A stretch of DNA of 25,915 bases from a virus (IMGVR_UViG_3300025838_000112:1-25915); one strand, 5' to 3'; shown: positions 1-8,438, counted from the stretch's first letter. Program-made: numbers and translations. The notes: a model not told the origin generated them from the sequence alone.

Positions 1-166
1 CCCGTCCGTATCGCTGCCAGTCCTTTCCCTGCATGAGCACAGGCTCCGCGACGTACTCTTTGCCTCCCTGCTCCTGAGTAAACCCTTGTCGAAGCCGTAG
101 GAGCTGCGGTCGGCTGTATCCCGTGAGGCGGATTACCTCCGCCTCGGTGATTGTAAAAGCCATCAT
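1..166 (-). CDS. Small helix-turn-helix DNA-binding protein (AlpA/excisionase-like), 3' end runs off the window
   Basis: Not in the ORF track. Hand translation from ATG 166 (or 163) gives MMAFTITEAEVIRLTGYSRPQLLRLRQGFTQEQGGKEYVAEPVLMQGKDWQRYGR..., open to base 1. 'EAEVIRLTGYSRPQLLRLR' fits an AlpA/Xis-type HTH. The ATG directly follows the TGA of the upstream gene and is preceded by GGGGAG. Confidence 0.7.
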   Translation of the reverse strand, partial: MMAFTITEAEVIRLTGYSRPQLLRLRQGFTQEQGGKEYVAEPVLMQGKDWQRYGR

Positions 167-433
167 TCAGTTATTCTCCCCTCTCGTCTGAGAGAGGGGT
201 TTTTTAAAATCGTGATACCAGTCGTCCGTTGTCGGTATCTCCCCTGCTTCGAGACGAGCCTGCATTGCTTTACAGACATCTAAGATTTCTTCAGCCTCTT
301 CCTCTGAGATGTTTACTTCAATTCCATCAGCGTAATCCATCACAGCATCACTGCTGGCAAGATTTTCTGACCTGTACTCTGCTGCTGCTGAGTCCATGAT
401 TCCTTCTGCAACTATAAGACGATTGCTTTTCAT
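167..433 (-). CDS. Small acidic hypothetical protein (88 aa)
   Basis: GGAG Shine-Dalgarno upstream. About 20 D/E versus 8 K/R by hand count. Co-oriented with both neighbours. Confidence 0.8.
   Translation of the reverse strand: MKSNRLIVAEGIMDSAAAEYRSENLASSDAVMDYADGIEVNISEEEAEEILDVCKAMQARLEAGEIPTTDDWYHDFKKPLSQTRGENN
178..205 (+). terminator. Intrinsic-terminator-like hairpin on the + strand, antisense to the leftward operon
   Basis: CCCCTCTC-gtctga-GAGAGGGG (8-bp stem) followed by TTTTTT. Confidence 0.45.
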
Positions 434-456
434 GATGATCTCTCCGGTTTGGTTAT

Positions 457-472
457 GCGGGGTTTCCCCCGC
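457..472 (-). promoter_or_regulatory. Intergenic GNRA-tetraloop hairpin in the leftward mRNA
   Basis: The minus strand reads GCGGGG-GAAA-CCCCGC between two genes. There is no U-tract, so it is more likely a stabiliser or processing hairpin than a terminator. Confidence 0.55.
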
Positions 473-492
473 TGTTGGTTGGTTTGTTAAAT

Positions 493-1056
493 TTATTCGA
501 TAACCCTACATCCGTTAAATGCTTGCGTTGCAGCATCTCCACTGTAGAGATATTCATCAGCCCATACTTCCCGTTCCAGCTCATCCCAATCCTCAATATT
601 TTCATCTTCTAATTTTGCCCCAGGCATCACAAGTATGACCGTGTACTCGTTTGCAAATCCTCTTTCGTTGTCCCTGTAGAGTCTTGCGCCGTCTGAAATT
701 AAATCTTTTAATCCATCTACCAGGCTTTCCTTCCTTTTCGATTCGTGGGCCTCTCCGGTTATCTCGTCATCGCTGATGTACATCTCATCTGACAGCTTTT
801 CCTCGATCTTATCCAAATCCTCAACCCCACCCATATCAACAAGCCATTTAAAGCCACTACCGGCAACATACTCGGCGATCAGATCATCATTAATCGTGAG
901 TACGTTACCAATCCAACAACAATCTGAGATTGAGTCGTCATCATTAAATCTGCCTTGCCTGTCAATCCCCCAGGAAAACTGGCACCCACAATCACTCGTT
1001 AATTTGATCTCGTAATTTCCACTATCAATTGCTTTTGTTATTTCTGTATGTGTCAT
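493..1056 (-). CDS. Highly acidic hypothetical protein (187 aa)
   Basis: GGAG SD upstream (CGGAGATTTAAAATG). About 45 D/E versus 17 K/R by hand count. First gene behind the leftward promoter. Confidence 0.85.
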   Translation of the reverse strand: MTHTEITKAIDSGNYEIKLTSDCGCQFSWGIDRQGRFNDDDSISDCCWIGNVLTINDDLIAEYVAGSGFKWLVDMGGVEDLDKIEEKLSDEMYISDDEITGEAHESKRKESLVDGLKDLISDGARLYRDNERGFANEYTVILVMPGAKLEDENIEDWDELEREVWADEYLYSGDAATQAFNGCRVIE

Positions 1057-1096
1057 TTTAAATCTCCGTTTTGTTGTTTGTCATACCCACTGATTA

Positions 1097-1125
1097 AATA
1101 TGCACAATTGTTTTTTATTTGTCAA
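1097..1125 (-). promoter_or_regulatory. Sigma70-type promoter for the leftward operon
   Basis: Minus strand: TTGACA (1125-1120), 17-nt spacer, CATATT (1102-1097). An AT-rich UP-like tract lies at 1130-1170. Confidence 0.7.
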
Positions 1126-1199
1126 GTGGAAAAATAAAATAATGTAAAATAATATTCAGAAATAAAAGATTTTTGAGGAAAGTAACGTAATAAATTCGG

Positions 1200-1231
1200 C
1201 CGTTTTTTTGTGCGGTCATAGTGTCTATCAT
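1200..1231 (+). promoter_or_regulatory. Candidate late promoter, copy 1 (terS)
   Basis: CCGTTTT-N19-TATCAT. The same spacing recurs at three other intergenic sites. Confidence 0.6.
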
Positions 1232-1236
1232 CAGAT

Positions 1237-1785
1237 ATGTCACAACAAGCACTTACACACAAGAGAGAGACTTTTGCGAGGCTCTATGTAGAGCGTGGGG
1301 ACGCAAGCAAGGCTTATAGAGAGGCTTTTCCGTCGTCGCAGAATTGGAAAGATAAGACGGTCTGGGAAGCTGCATCAAGACTACTCAAAGACAGCAAGGT
1401 TTTAGCAAGGATCACAGAGCTAAAAAGCAAGCGAGCACAGAAACTTGATATTTCCGAAAACCGCGTACTTGCTGAGATTGCTTCTGTTGCATTTTCTAAC
1501 GTCGCAGAGCTCGAAGCAGATCATGGAGGGTTTGCAGGTCTCAAGACGCTTAAGCCAGCAACACAACGGGCAATCCAGTCTGTCAAGTTCAAGCGATATT
1601 TAGAGCGCAAGACTGAAGGAGGATTTGAAGAGGTGGAGATCACAGAGATAAAGATGCACCCCAAGCTGCCAGCTCTTGAGAAGATCTGCGAGATAAAGGG
1701 AATCACAGCGCCACCTATCCAGCAAAGACCTGTAGAGGTCACTATCAACGTCACAGGGAACGCCGATGTTCACGCTCGAAACTGA
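1237..1785 (+). CDS. terS: Terminase small subunit
   Basis: N-terminal 'LTHKRETFARLYV..GDASKAYREAF...AASRLLK..KV.ARI.EL' HTH and 'ISENRVLAEIASVAFSN' are typical of Terminase_2-type TerS. It lies directly upstream of TerL. Confidence 0.92.
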   Translation: MSQQALTHKRETFARLYVERGDASKAYREAFPSSQNWKDKTVWEAASRLLKDSKVLARITELKSKRAQKLDISENRVLAEIASVAFSNVAELEADHGGFAGLKTLKPATQRAIQSVKFKRYLERKTEGGFEEVEITEIKMHPKLPALEKICEIKGITAPPIQQRPVEVTINVTGNADVHARN

Positions 1786-3148
1786 TATCGAGATTATTGA
1801 CACTCAACAAATCGTTGAGAAGCTCCCCATCTCCCTTCCGTATCGGTACACAGCGCGTCCGTACCAGCAAAAATTATTCGAGGCTAAGTTTGTACTCAAG
1901 ATGCTGCGGTTTGCCGTTGTGTGGCATCGCAGGGCCGGTAAAGACAAAACATACTGGCAGATCGCAGTTGCAGCTACACAAGAGAGGGTTGGAAGCTATT
2001 GGTACATGCTCCCGAAACAAACACAGGCCCGCAAAGCGATTTGGAAGGGTAGAGGCAAGGACGGGCTTACATTCCTTGATCATATCCCAAGAGAGATAAC
2101 TAAGAGCGTCAACAATACAGAGATGTATGTCGAGTTCACTAACGGCAGCCTTCTTTATGTGCTTGGCTCTGACACGTACAACAACTTGGTGGGCAACAAT
2201 CCTCTTGGAGTGGTCTTCTCAGAGTGGTCTTTGTGTGATCCTGCGTCATGGGACTATCTACGTCCTATACTTGCAGAAAATGGCGGGTGGGCGATGTTCT
2301 GCTACACTCCTCGCGGCAGGAATCACGGCTACACTTTGCTTCAGACAGCCATCAAGTACTCTGATAGATGGTACTCAAGCGTCCTGACGGTCAATGACAC
2401 CACCGACAATGACGGGAATCCGATAATCACGCAGGAAATTATTCAGACTGAACGGGACGAAGGAATGAGTGAGGATATGATCGAGCAGGAGTATTACTGC
2501 TCTTTTGATGCTGCCGTGCCTGGGTGCTACTTCTCGTCAGAGATCAAAGCAGCTTATGCTGATAACCGGATATGCAGAGTGCCGATTGAGCCAGCACTGC
2601 CAGTTTACACTTTTTGGGATTTAGGCATATCGGACGACATGGCAATATGGCTCATGCAGCCAATCGGTAAAGAGGTTCGATTCATCGCCAGCTATAACAA
2701 TTCAGGCGAGGGCATGCAGCACTACATAGACTGGCTCCTTGATTTTCAGAAGCAGCACAAGATTAGGTACGAGAAGCATTACGCTCCGCACGATATAGCA
2801 GTGAGAGAGCTGATGAGTGGCGTAAGTAGGCTTAAGACAGCTCAAGACATGGGCATCGATTTCGAGCAGGTACCTAGGGTGGCGCAAAAGTCAGACAGTA
2901 TAGAGGCAGTACGCAAGTTCTTCCCACGGCTTCTGTTCGATGAGGTGAGATGCGAGTACGGTTTGAGCGCACTTGCGAGCTATCATAGAGAGTATGACGA
3001 GGACAAAAAGGTTTTCTTGGCAAGACCATGTCACGACTGGTCAAGTAATCTTGCTGATGCTTTACAGACTTTTGCAACGGCGTGGGAAGATCCGAAGCCA
3101 AAAAAACCAAAAGAAAGCCAGCCGTCTGGTGGCTGGATGGGCTCATAA
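1766..3148 (+). CDS. terL: Terminase large subunit
   Basis: Q motif 'RPYQ', Walker A 'VVWHRRAGKD', Walker B 'VVFSEWS', coupling motif 'YTPRG', nuclease motifs 'WDLGISD' and 'HDWSSNLADA'. Confidence 0.97.
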   Translation: MFTLETDIEIIDTQQIVEKLPISLPYRYTARPYQQKLFEAKFVLKMLRFAVVWHRRAGKDKTYWQIAVAATQERVGSYWYMLPKQTQARKAIWKGRGKDGLTFLDHIPREITKSVNNTEMYVEFTNGSLLYVLGSDTYNNLVGNNPLGVVFSEWSLCDPASWDYLRPILAENGGWAMFCYTPRGRNHGYTLLQTAIKYSDRWYSSVLTVNDTTDNDGNPIITQEIIQTERDEGMSEDMIEQEYYCSFDAAVPGCYFSSEIKAAYADNRICRVPIEPALPVYTFWDLGISDDMAIWLMQPIGKEVRFIASYNNSGEGMQHYIDWLLDFQKQHKIRYEKHYAPHDIAVRELMSGVSRLKTAQDMGIDFEQVPRVAQKSDSIEAVRKFFPRLLFDEVRCEYGLSALASYHREYDEDKKVFLARPCHDWSSNLADALQTFATAWEDPKPKKPKESQPSGGWMGS

Positions 3149-3166
3149 AACATAATCACAACAACC

Positions 3167-5356
3167 ATGACAGTCACTATGCTCCCCGGCTCTGAGCCCA
3201 TCAAAATTTACGATACAAAGACAGATCAAGAGTTTCTCTTGCTTGCATACCAGCGCTTTAACTACGGGTGGGACTACTGGCGACCAAACTATCAGGCCGC
3301 ACAAGAGGACTTAGAGTTTACTTATATCGACCAATGGTCAAAAGAGGATCGTAAGGCGCGTAAAGGCAGGCCCTGCTTGTCGCTCAACAAGTTGCCAACA
3401 TATCTGGATCAGGTCATGGGAGATCAGAGGCAAAACAGGCCGTCAATTGTGGTGCACCCCGTTAATGGCGACAAACCGGATGTACAGCAGCAGCCAGCTC
3501 CACGGCAAGGGATGGATCCTGCTCAACAAATGCAAGGGCCTCCACAACAACAGCCTCCGCCAGAACAGAATAAGGTTAAAAACATCGCAGGGACAAAGGA
3601 TTATTCTGAGTCGGAGATACGCAACGGGATAATTCGCAACATCGAGCAGATAAGTAATGCCGATTTGCATTACGACATGGCGTTTCAGCATGCGATCGAA
3701 GGCGGGTTTGGGTGGCTGAGACTGATAACGGCTTACTCAACAGAGGACACTTTTGATCAGGATCTGTTAATTAAATCTGTCAGAGATCGTTTCTCGGTTA
3801 TCATAGATCCTCAGGCGATATCAGAGCCAGACTTCTCGTGCGCGGACTGGTGCTTTATTAGTGAGATCATGCGCAGGAAAGAGTTTCAGGCTCGGTATCC
3901 AGATGCTGTTGACTCAGCTTATACAACAAGCATGGCCACATCTCATCCGTCTTGGCACACCGAAGAGATGGTACGGATTTCCGAATACTTTTGGCGTGAG
4001 CCAGTGGATAGGTCGTTGGTTTTGCTCAGTGATGGCCGTGTGACGTTCATGGATAAGATCAAGGACGTGGTAGATGACCTTGTAGCAGAGGGGATTCACA
4101 TTCTCAAAGAACGAAAAGTAAAGACCTACAAGGTCATGTGGGCAAAGATTACAGCTCAATCAATACTTGAGAGACCGCAGGAAGTTCCATTTGAAACAAT
4201 CCCCATCGTTCCGGTGCTGGGTAAAGAGGTTACGATTGGTGATAACGTCTATTTCCGTGGCCTTGTCAGGTACGCAAAAGACGCTCAGCGGATGCACAAC
4301 TATTGGATGAGTGCAGCAACAGAGCGTGTTGCTCTTGCTCCTAAGTCACCGTGGGTAGCTGATGCCAAGAGTATCATGGGGTATGAAAATATGTGGGAAA
4401 ATGCGAATTGGGAAAACGCATCTGTACTAAAATACAATCATCGTCCTGATGTTCCTGCTCCAGCGAGGGTACAACCTCCATCAATGCCTTCAGCAGAGCT
4501 CAACCTTGCAATGTCCGCTGTCGATGAAATAAAGGCGACAGTTGGGTTGTTTGACGCATCGATGGGACAACAGGGCAATGAGATAAGCGGCAAAGCTATT
4601 ATCGCAAGGCAAAGGCAGGGAGATAGAGGGACGTTTGCCTTTATTGACAACCTTTCTAGGGCGATGAGGCGGATAGGGAAGCTCTTAATCTATTCTATTG
4701 CAGAGGTATATGACTCCGATAGGGTGATCCGGTTAAAGTTCAACGACGGGAAAGGGGATTGGGTGACAATCAATGAGAGCATACTTGACCACAAGACAGG
4801 TAAGGTTGTGCAGATACACGACATTTCAGCAGGTAAGTTTGATTGTACTGTCACTGTTGGCCCTTCTTATCAGACGCAGCGGACAGAATCGGCAGAGGCT
4901 TTGATACAGTTCATGCAGGCTGTTCCGGCAGCAGCACAGGTTATACCTGATCTTGTCGCCAACAACATGGACTTCCCCGGCGCGGAAGAAATTGCTAAGC
5001 GGCTACAGAAAACTCTTCCACCAGGTATTCTCTCTCCACAGGAACAACAGGACGCAGGCATACAGCCACCACAACCAACGCCAGCAGATCAAGCGGCAAT
5101 GGCTAAGATACAGGCTGAAATGGCAACAGCGCATGCCACTGAGAGCATGGCGCAGGCAAAGACACTGGAAGCTCAGGTTAAGATTAAGGAGCTTAAGATG
5201 ATGGCGCAACAAGCGAACCCGGCAAACATGGCTGATGCCGTTAGAAATCTTATCGCTGAATCACTGGCTGAGATTATGGCGAAACCTCAAGGGGCCGGTC
5301 AACAGCCTCAACCGCAACAGCAGCAGCAGGTGCCGATGCAAGGAGATGCATCGTAA
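3167..5356 (+). CDS. Portal protein (P22 gp1-like)
   Basis: 729 aa, directly after TerL. Motifs 'RPCLSLNKL', 'IPIVPVLG', 'RGLVRYAKDAQRMHNYW', 'SGKAIIARQRQG' and 'GKFDCTVTVGPSYQTQR', plus a Q-rich C-terminal helical barrel. Confidence 0.95.
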   Translation: MTVTMLPGSEPIKIYDTKTDQEFLLLAYQRFNYGWDYWRPNYQAAQEDLEFTYIDQWSKEDRKARKGRPCLSLNKLPTYLDQVMGDQRQNRPSIVVHPVNGDKPDVQQQPAPRQGMDPAQQMQGPPQQQPPPEQNKVKNIAGTKDYSESEIRNGIIRNIEQISNADLHYDMAFQHAIEGGFGWLRLITAYSTEDTFDQDLLIKSVRDRFSVIIDPQAISEPDFSCADWCFISEIMRRKEFQARYPDAVDSAYTTSMATSHPSWHTEEMVRISEYFWREPVDRSLVLLSDGRVTFMDKIKDVVDDLVAEGIHILKERKVKTYKVMWAKITAQSILERPQEVPFETIPIVPVLGKEVTIGDNVYFRGLVRYAKDAQRMHNYWMSAATERVALAPKSPWVADAKSIMGYENMWENANWENASVLKYNHRPDVPAPARVQPPSMPSAELNLAMSAVDEIKATVGLFDASMGQQGNEISGKAIIARQRQGDRGTFAFIDNLSRAMRRIGKLLIYSIAEVYDSDRVIRLKFNDGKGDWVTINESILDHKTGKVVQIHDISAGKFDCTVTVGPSYQTQRTESAEALIQFMQAVPAAAQVIPDLVANNMDFPGAEEIAKRLQKTLPPGILSPQEQQDAGIQPPQPTPADQAAMAKIQAEMATAHATESMAQAKTLEAQVKIKELKMMAQQANPANMADAVRNLIAESLAEIMAKPQGAGQQPQPQQQQQVPMQGDAS

Positions 5357-5402
5357 AGGCGAAAAAGAAAACGGATAACGAATTTCCGTTATAGGCACAG
5401 CG

Positions 5403-5430
5403 AAGCCGGACTAATCACCCGGCTTTTTTT
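5403..5430 (+). terminator. Rho-independent terminator after the portal gene
   Basis: AAGCCGG-actaatcac-CCGGCTT running into a T7 tract (5424-5430). Confidence 0.8.
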
Positions 5431-5447
5431 ATTCCTGAAAAGATTCC

Positions 5448-5479
5448 CCGTTTTAATCAGTCGCAGTCCGATTCAAGTT
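5448..5479 (+). promoter_or_regulatory. Candidate late promoter, copy 2 (scaffold/coat)
   Basis: CCGTTTT-N19-CAAGTT, immediately downstream of the terminator. Confidence 0.5.
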
Positions 5480-5525
5480 GCACGAAATGCTACGAGTGGC
5501 ATATCACTCGGCATAATTCGCAACT
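5476..5525 (+). promoter_or_regulatory. Long bulged hairpin in the scaffold 5' leader
   Basis: AGTTG/CAACT, CGAA/TTCG, ATGC/GCAT and CGAGTG/CACTCG pair in nested fashion. The structure ends 15 nt before the ATG. Confidence 0.6.
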
Positions 5526-5540
5526 AAATGCGCCACACAG

Positions 5541-6374
5541 ATGCCAGAGGATGTAATACCAGCAGTACAAACCGAAAGTGTTCCAGATGCCACTGATGGA
5601 CGGGAACATTTTATCGCCACCAAATTTGAAGATTTAACCGCGGCCCCCGCAAAGGAGCCAGAGCAGGAGCCGGAACCTGTCAAAGATACTCCCGCTGTTG
5701 ATGCAAGCCCAGAACCTGTCCACAAAAGTAACAGAGTTCAGAACCGCATTGATCGATTGACTCGAGAAAAGAATGATGCAGCAAGAGAGAGGGACGCGTT
5801 AAAGCAAGAGCTCGCAGCAGCAAAAGCAGCGAAAGAACCGAACCTGACGGATTTCGCTGATTACGCGGACTATGAAACCGCGCGCGATGCTTGGCGTGAT
5901 GCTAATGCTCAAACAACTCAACAACCTGAAAAGCCTGCCAACAGATGGGAGGAACGAGAGGTAGCTGAAGCTCTCAAAGAAGTGCAGTCAACTTTTGATG
6001 ATGCCAAAGCAAAATATGCCGACTTCGATGCCGTCATAGAAAAAAATGGTTCGGTAGTCACTCCCGATATGATCAAGATTCTCGCGGAATGCGATGATCC
6101 GGGAGACGCGGCCTACTACTTATGCAGCAACACTGATGAGGCGGAAAGGATAGCGCAACTCAATCCACTCCAACAAGCTAAAGCCATTGGAAAGATTGAG
6201 GCGAAGCTATCAATTGTACCACAGAAACCAATTAAAAAACAATCCAACGCACCAGCTCCGATACGTCCCGTTGGTATTGGCAGCAAGGACATAAGCAAGC
6301 CGTATAAGGATCAATCCTTTGCGGAGTTCGAGGCTGTCAGAAATAAAGAGCGTAAGGCAATGGGCGGATGGTAA
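5541..6374 (+). CDS. Capsid scaffolding protein
   Basis: Located between portal and coat. Acidic P/E-rich N-terminus, coiled coil 'RVQNRIDRLTREK', 'AYYLCSNTDEAERIAQLNPLQQAKAIGKIEAKL', 'SNAPAPIRPV' and a C-terminal basic helix. Confidence 0.9.
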   Translation: MPEDVIPAVQTESVPDATDGREHFIATKFEDLTAAPAKEPEQEPEPVKDTPAVDASPEPVHKSNRVQNRIDRLTREKNDAARERDALKQELAAAKAAKEPNLTDFADYADYETARDAWRDANAQTTQQPEKPANRWEEREVAEALKEVQSTFDDAKAKYADFDAVIEKNGSVVTPDMIKILAECDDPGDAAYYLCSNTDEAERIAQLNPLQQAKAIGKIEAKLSIVPQKPIKKQSNAPAPIRPVGIGSKDISKPYKDQSFAEFEAVRNKERKAMGGW

Positions 6375-6392
6375 AACAAAAGGAACTAAGTT

Positions 6393-7661
6393 ATGACGAT
6401 GACCTTAGGACAGATGGGCAACTCGGTTGTGGTTGCCGATATCATCTGCAAAGAAGCTTTAGTACTGCTAAAAAACAACCTCGTATTCGCTCCACTGGTA
6501 TTCCGTGGATATGAATCTGAAATCGGGAATGGACATGGCGATACCATTACCATCAAGAAGCCGTTCAGAACAAAAACAGCTTCGGGACGCGTGCTGGTTA
6601 AACAGCCTTTAGTTGATCAGACATTAACCTTTAAACCTCAATTCCGGGAGCATTTCGCCTGCTCCGTGTCAGATGAGGATCTGACATTGACGCTTAATCA
6701 GTACAGCGAGCGGTACTTAAAGTCCGGCATAATCGGTATCGCGAATGTCATTGACAAGTCAATTGCCGACACAATCAAAGTTGGATCGTTCTTCACTTAT
6801 GGTACTCCTGGTACTGCACCTACCATTGATACTTTTCATGATGCTTCTGCTGTCATGGATGATCTCGCAATACCTAATGACGGGATGAGGGTTGTGGTAC
6901 TCAATTCTGCCGATGGATCGAACGTTTCAAAAGCTGTCTACGGAAAGTACAACGAGGATATGGTAAAGACTGCTATCACAAAAGGGTATCTTGGCCCTAT
7001 CGCTGATTTCAGCCTATACAAGTCCACCAATACGTCTCCAATGACCGTTGGTCTACAGGGTGGTACTCCGCTTATCAACGGCGCATCACAGACGGGGACT
7101 TCCTTGATTTCTGACGGATGGACTGGCAGCGTTAAGGTGCTTAACGCTGGTGACGTTATTGCGCTTGCAGGGGTTTATGAGATTAACCCTCAGAACTACG
7201 GTTCTACAGGCCGGCAGCAAGGCTTTGTTGTCACGTCTGATGTCTACTCTGACAGTTCAGGAAATGCGGTTATCCCTATCCTTCCTGCGATCAATAACGG
7301 CACGTTGTCTACTACGGACACGGAAGGAAACACGGTATCTCTTGCTGCATACCAGAATGTAAGTGCTGCACCTGCCGACAATGCCGCAATTACAATCAGC
7401 GGAACATCGGGCGGAATTTATCGCCAGAACTTGTTCTTCCACAAACATGCATGTGCCTTCGCAATGGTTCCTATTGATATCCCTAAATCGTTTGTCGTCA
7501 AATCAAGAGTAACTGATCCTCTCAGTGGTCTGTCTCTTGGCATGTGCTCCGCTGCTGATATCAACAACATGGACGAAACCACAAGGATTGACGCAAAATG
7601 GGGAGTGAAGATGATTTACCCTGAGCTGGCACTGCGGAACTATTCGTCTAAACTTAACTAA
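6393..7661 (+). CDS. Major capsid protein (P22 gp5-like coat)
   Basis: 'ICKEALVLLKNNLV', 'GDTITIKKP', insertion domain 'LNAGDVIALAGVYEINP', 'NLFFHKHACAFAMVP' and 'RIDAKWGVKMIYPELA'. AAGGA SD upstream. Confidence 0.95.
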   Translation: MTMTLGQMGNSVVVADIICKEALVLLKNNLVFAPLVFRGYESEIGNGHGDTITIKKPFRTKTASGRVLVKQPLVDQTLTFKPQFREHFACSVSDEDLTLTLNQYSERYLKSGIIGIANVIDKSIADTIKVGSFFTYGTPGTAPTIDTFHDASAVMDDLAIPNDGMRVVVLNSADGSNVSKAVYGKYNEDMVKTAITKGYLGPIADFSLYKSTNTSPMTVGLQGGTPLINGASQTGTSLISDGWTGSVKVLNAGDVIALAGVYEINPQNYGSTGRQQGFVVTSDVYSDSSGNAVIPILPAINNGTLSTTDTEGNTVSLAAYQNVSAAPADNAAITISGTSGGIYRQNLFFHKHACAFAMVPIDIPKSFVVKSRVTDPLSGLSLGMCSAADINNMDETTRIDAKWGVKMIYPELALRNYSSKLN

Positions 7662-7708
7662 TCAATGAGCCCGGCTTGTTCGGACTTAAACCTTGGAGAT
7701 TATTGATT

Positions 7709-8260
7709 ATGGGAACACCTATTATAACAGTAGGAACTCCACCTTCCAGCGGTACGGTAAGTATCGCTACGGAGGCATGGGGAAGAACGGGGATGTATAA
7801 AACCGTCATTTCACTGAATAAAGCCAGAGTGCCGACTGTAGATGCCGGCGCTTCAGGCTCATATGGTACACTGCCTCTTGCAACGCTGATTCCTGGAGCG
7901 CAATACGTGGAGTCGGCATTCCAGAAATATACCTCCTTCGCTGAAGGGTCTGCCCTTACAACAGGTGCAGGAAACGCTGCTTTTGTCATTGGTGTTGGGA
8001 GTGCGGCAATTGCAGCGGCAGCGGATAAGGTACTGGCGACAGCAAACCAAGATATTATTTCAGCTCTTACCCTTACGAACTCAGGGGGGACAAGTGCAGG
8101 TAGTGCTGGAATGATCGGAACCAAATTTGCGGATGGTTCTTCAACACCAAATACGTGGAGCCTCAACCTCTCTGTTTCTGCGGCAACGTCAAATGCCTCG
8201 AGCTATCTCGATGTGACAGGTACAATCTGCATCCTTTGGTCTAATCTTGGAGTTTATTAA
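7709..8260 (+). CDS. Probable virion structural protein (capsid decoration-like)
   Basis: Directly follows coat, is G/S/T/A-rich and beta-like. Start reassigned from TTG 7676 to ATG 7709 because a GGAG lies upstream of it. Function is inferred from position only. Confidence 0.65.
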   Translation: MGTPIITVGTPPSSGTVSIATEAWGRTGMYKTVISLNKARVPTVDAGASGSYGTLPLATLIPGAQYVESAFQKYTSFAEGSALTTGAGNAAFVIGVGSAAIAAAADKVLATANQDIISALTLTNSGGTSAGSAGMIGTKFADGSSTPNTWSLNLSVSAATSNASSYLDVTGTICILWSNLGVY

Positions 8261-8262
8261 CC

Positions 8263-8397
8263 ATGGGTAGATCGCCAAACATGATGAAATTGCCGGTGGT
8301 CAAACCAACTCCTCCAAAGGTAACAGCACCAAAGATGTTGATACCAAAACCAAGACCGCCAAAAGCAAGGCTCTCTCCTGCTGTAAGAGCGAAGTAA
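8263..8397 (+). CDS. 44-aa Pro/Lys-rich basic peptide
   Basis: Below the ORF-track cutoff. MGRSPNMMKLPVVKPTPPKVTAPKMLIPKPRPPKARLSPAVRAK. The ATG is 2 nt after the previous stop, with GGAG at 8249-8252. Confidence 0.6.
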   Translation: MGRSPNMMKLPVVKPTPPKVTAPKMLIPKPRPPKARLSPAVRAK

Positions 8398-8438
8398 GAG
8401 AAGAGTTATTTCCAATAACCATTAAACGATCCGCTATC

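Noticed and set aside
1066-1097. Fifth intergenic CCGTTTT copy
   Set aside because: It overlaps the reverse-strand SD of 493..1056, and its +26 hexamer GATTAA lacks the final T shared by the four accepted copies.
2209-2229. TerL Walker B reading VVFSE instead of hhhhDE, as possible inactivation
   Set aside because: The catalytic Glu is present, and the SE variant accompanies the WHRRAGKD Walker A in this terminase subfamily as I recall it. The ORF is otherwise intact.
7640-7709. Programmed frameshift or readthrough fusing coat to the next ORF
   Set aside because: No clear slippery heptamer, a second TAA follows closely in another frame, and the downstream gene has its own GGAG and ATG.
7654-8166. 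170-aa antisense ORF opposite the decoration-like gene
   Set aside because: Shadow ORF of a G/S/T/A-rich gene, with no recognisable motif or RBS.
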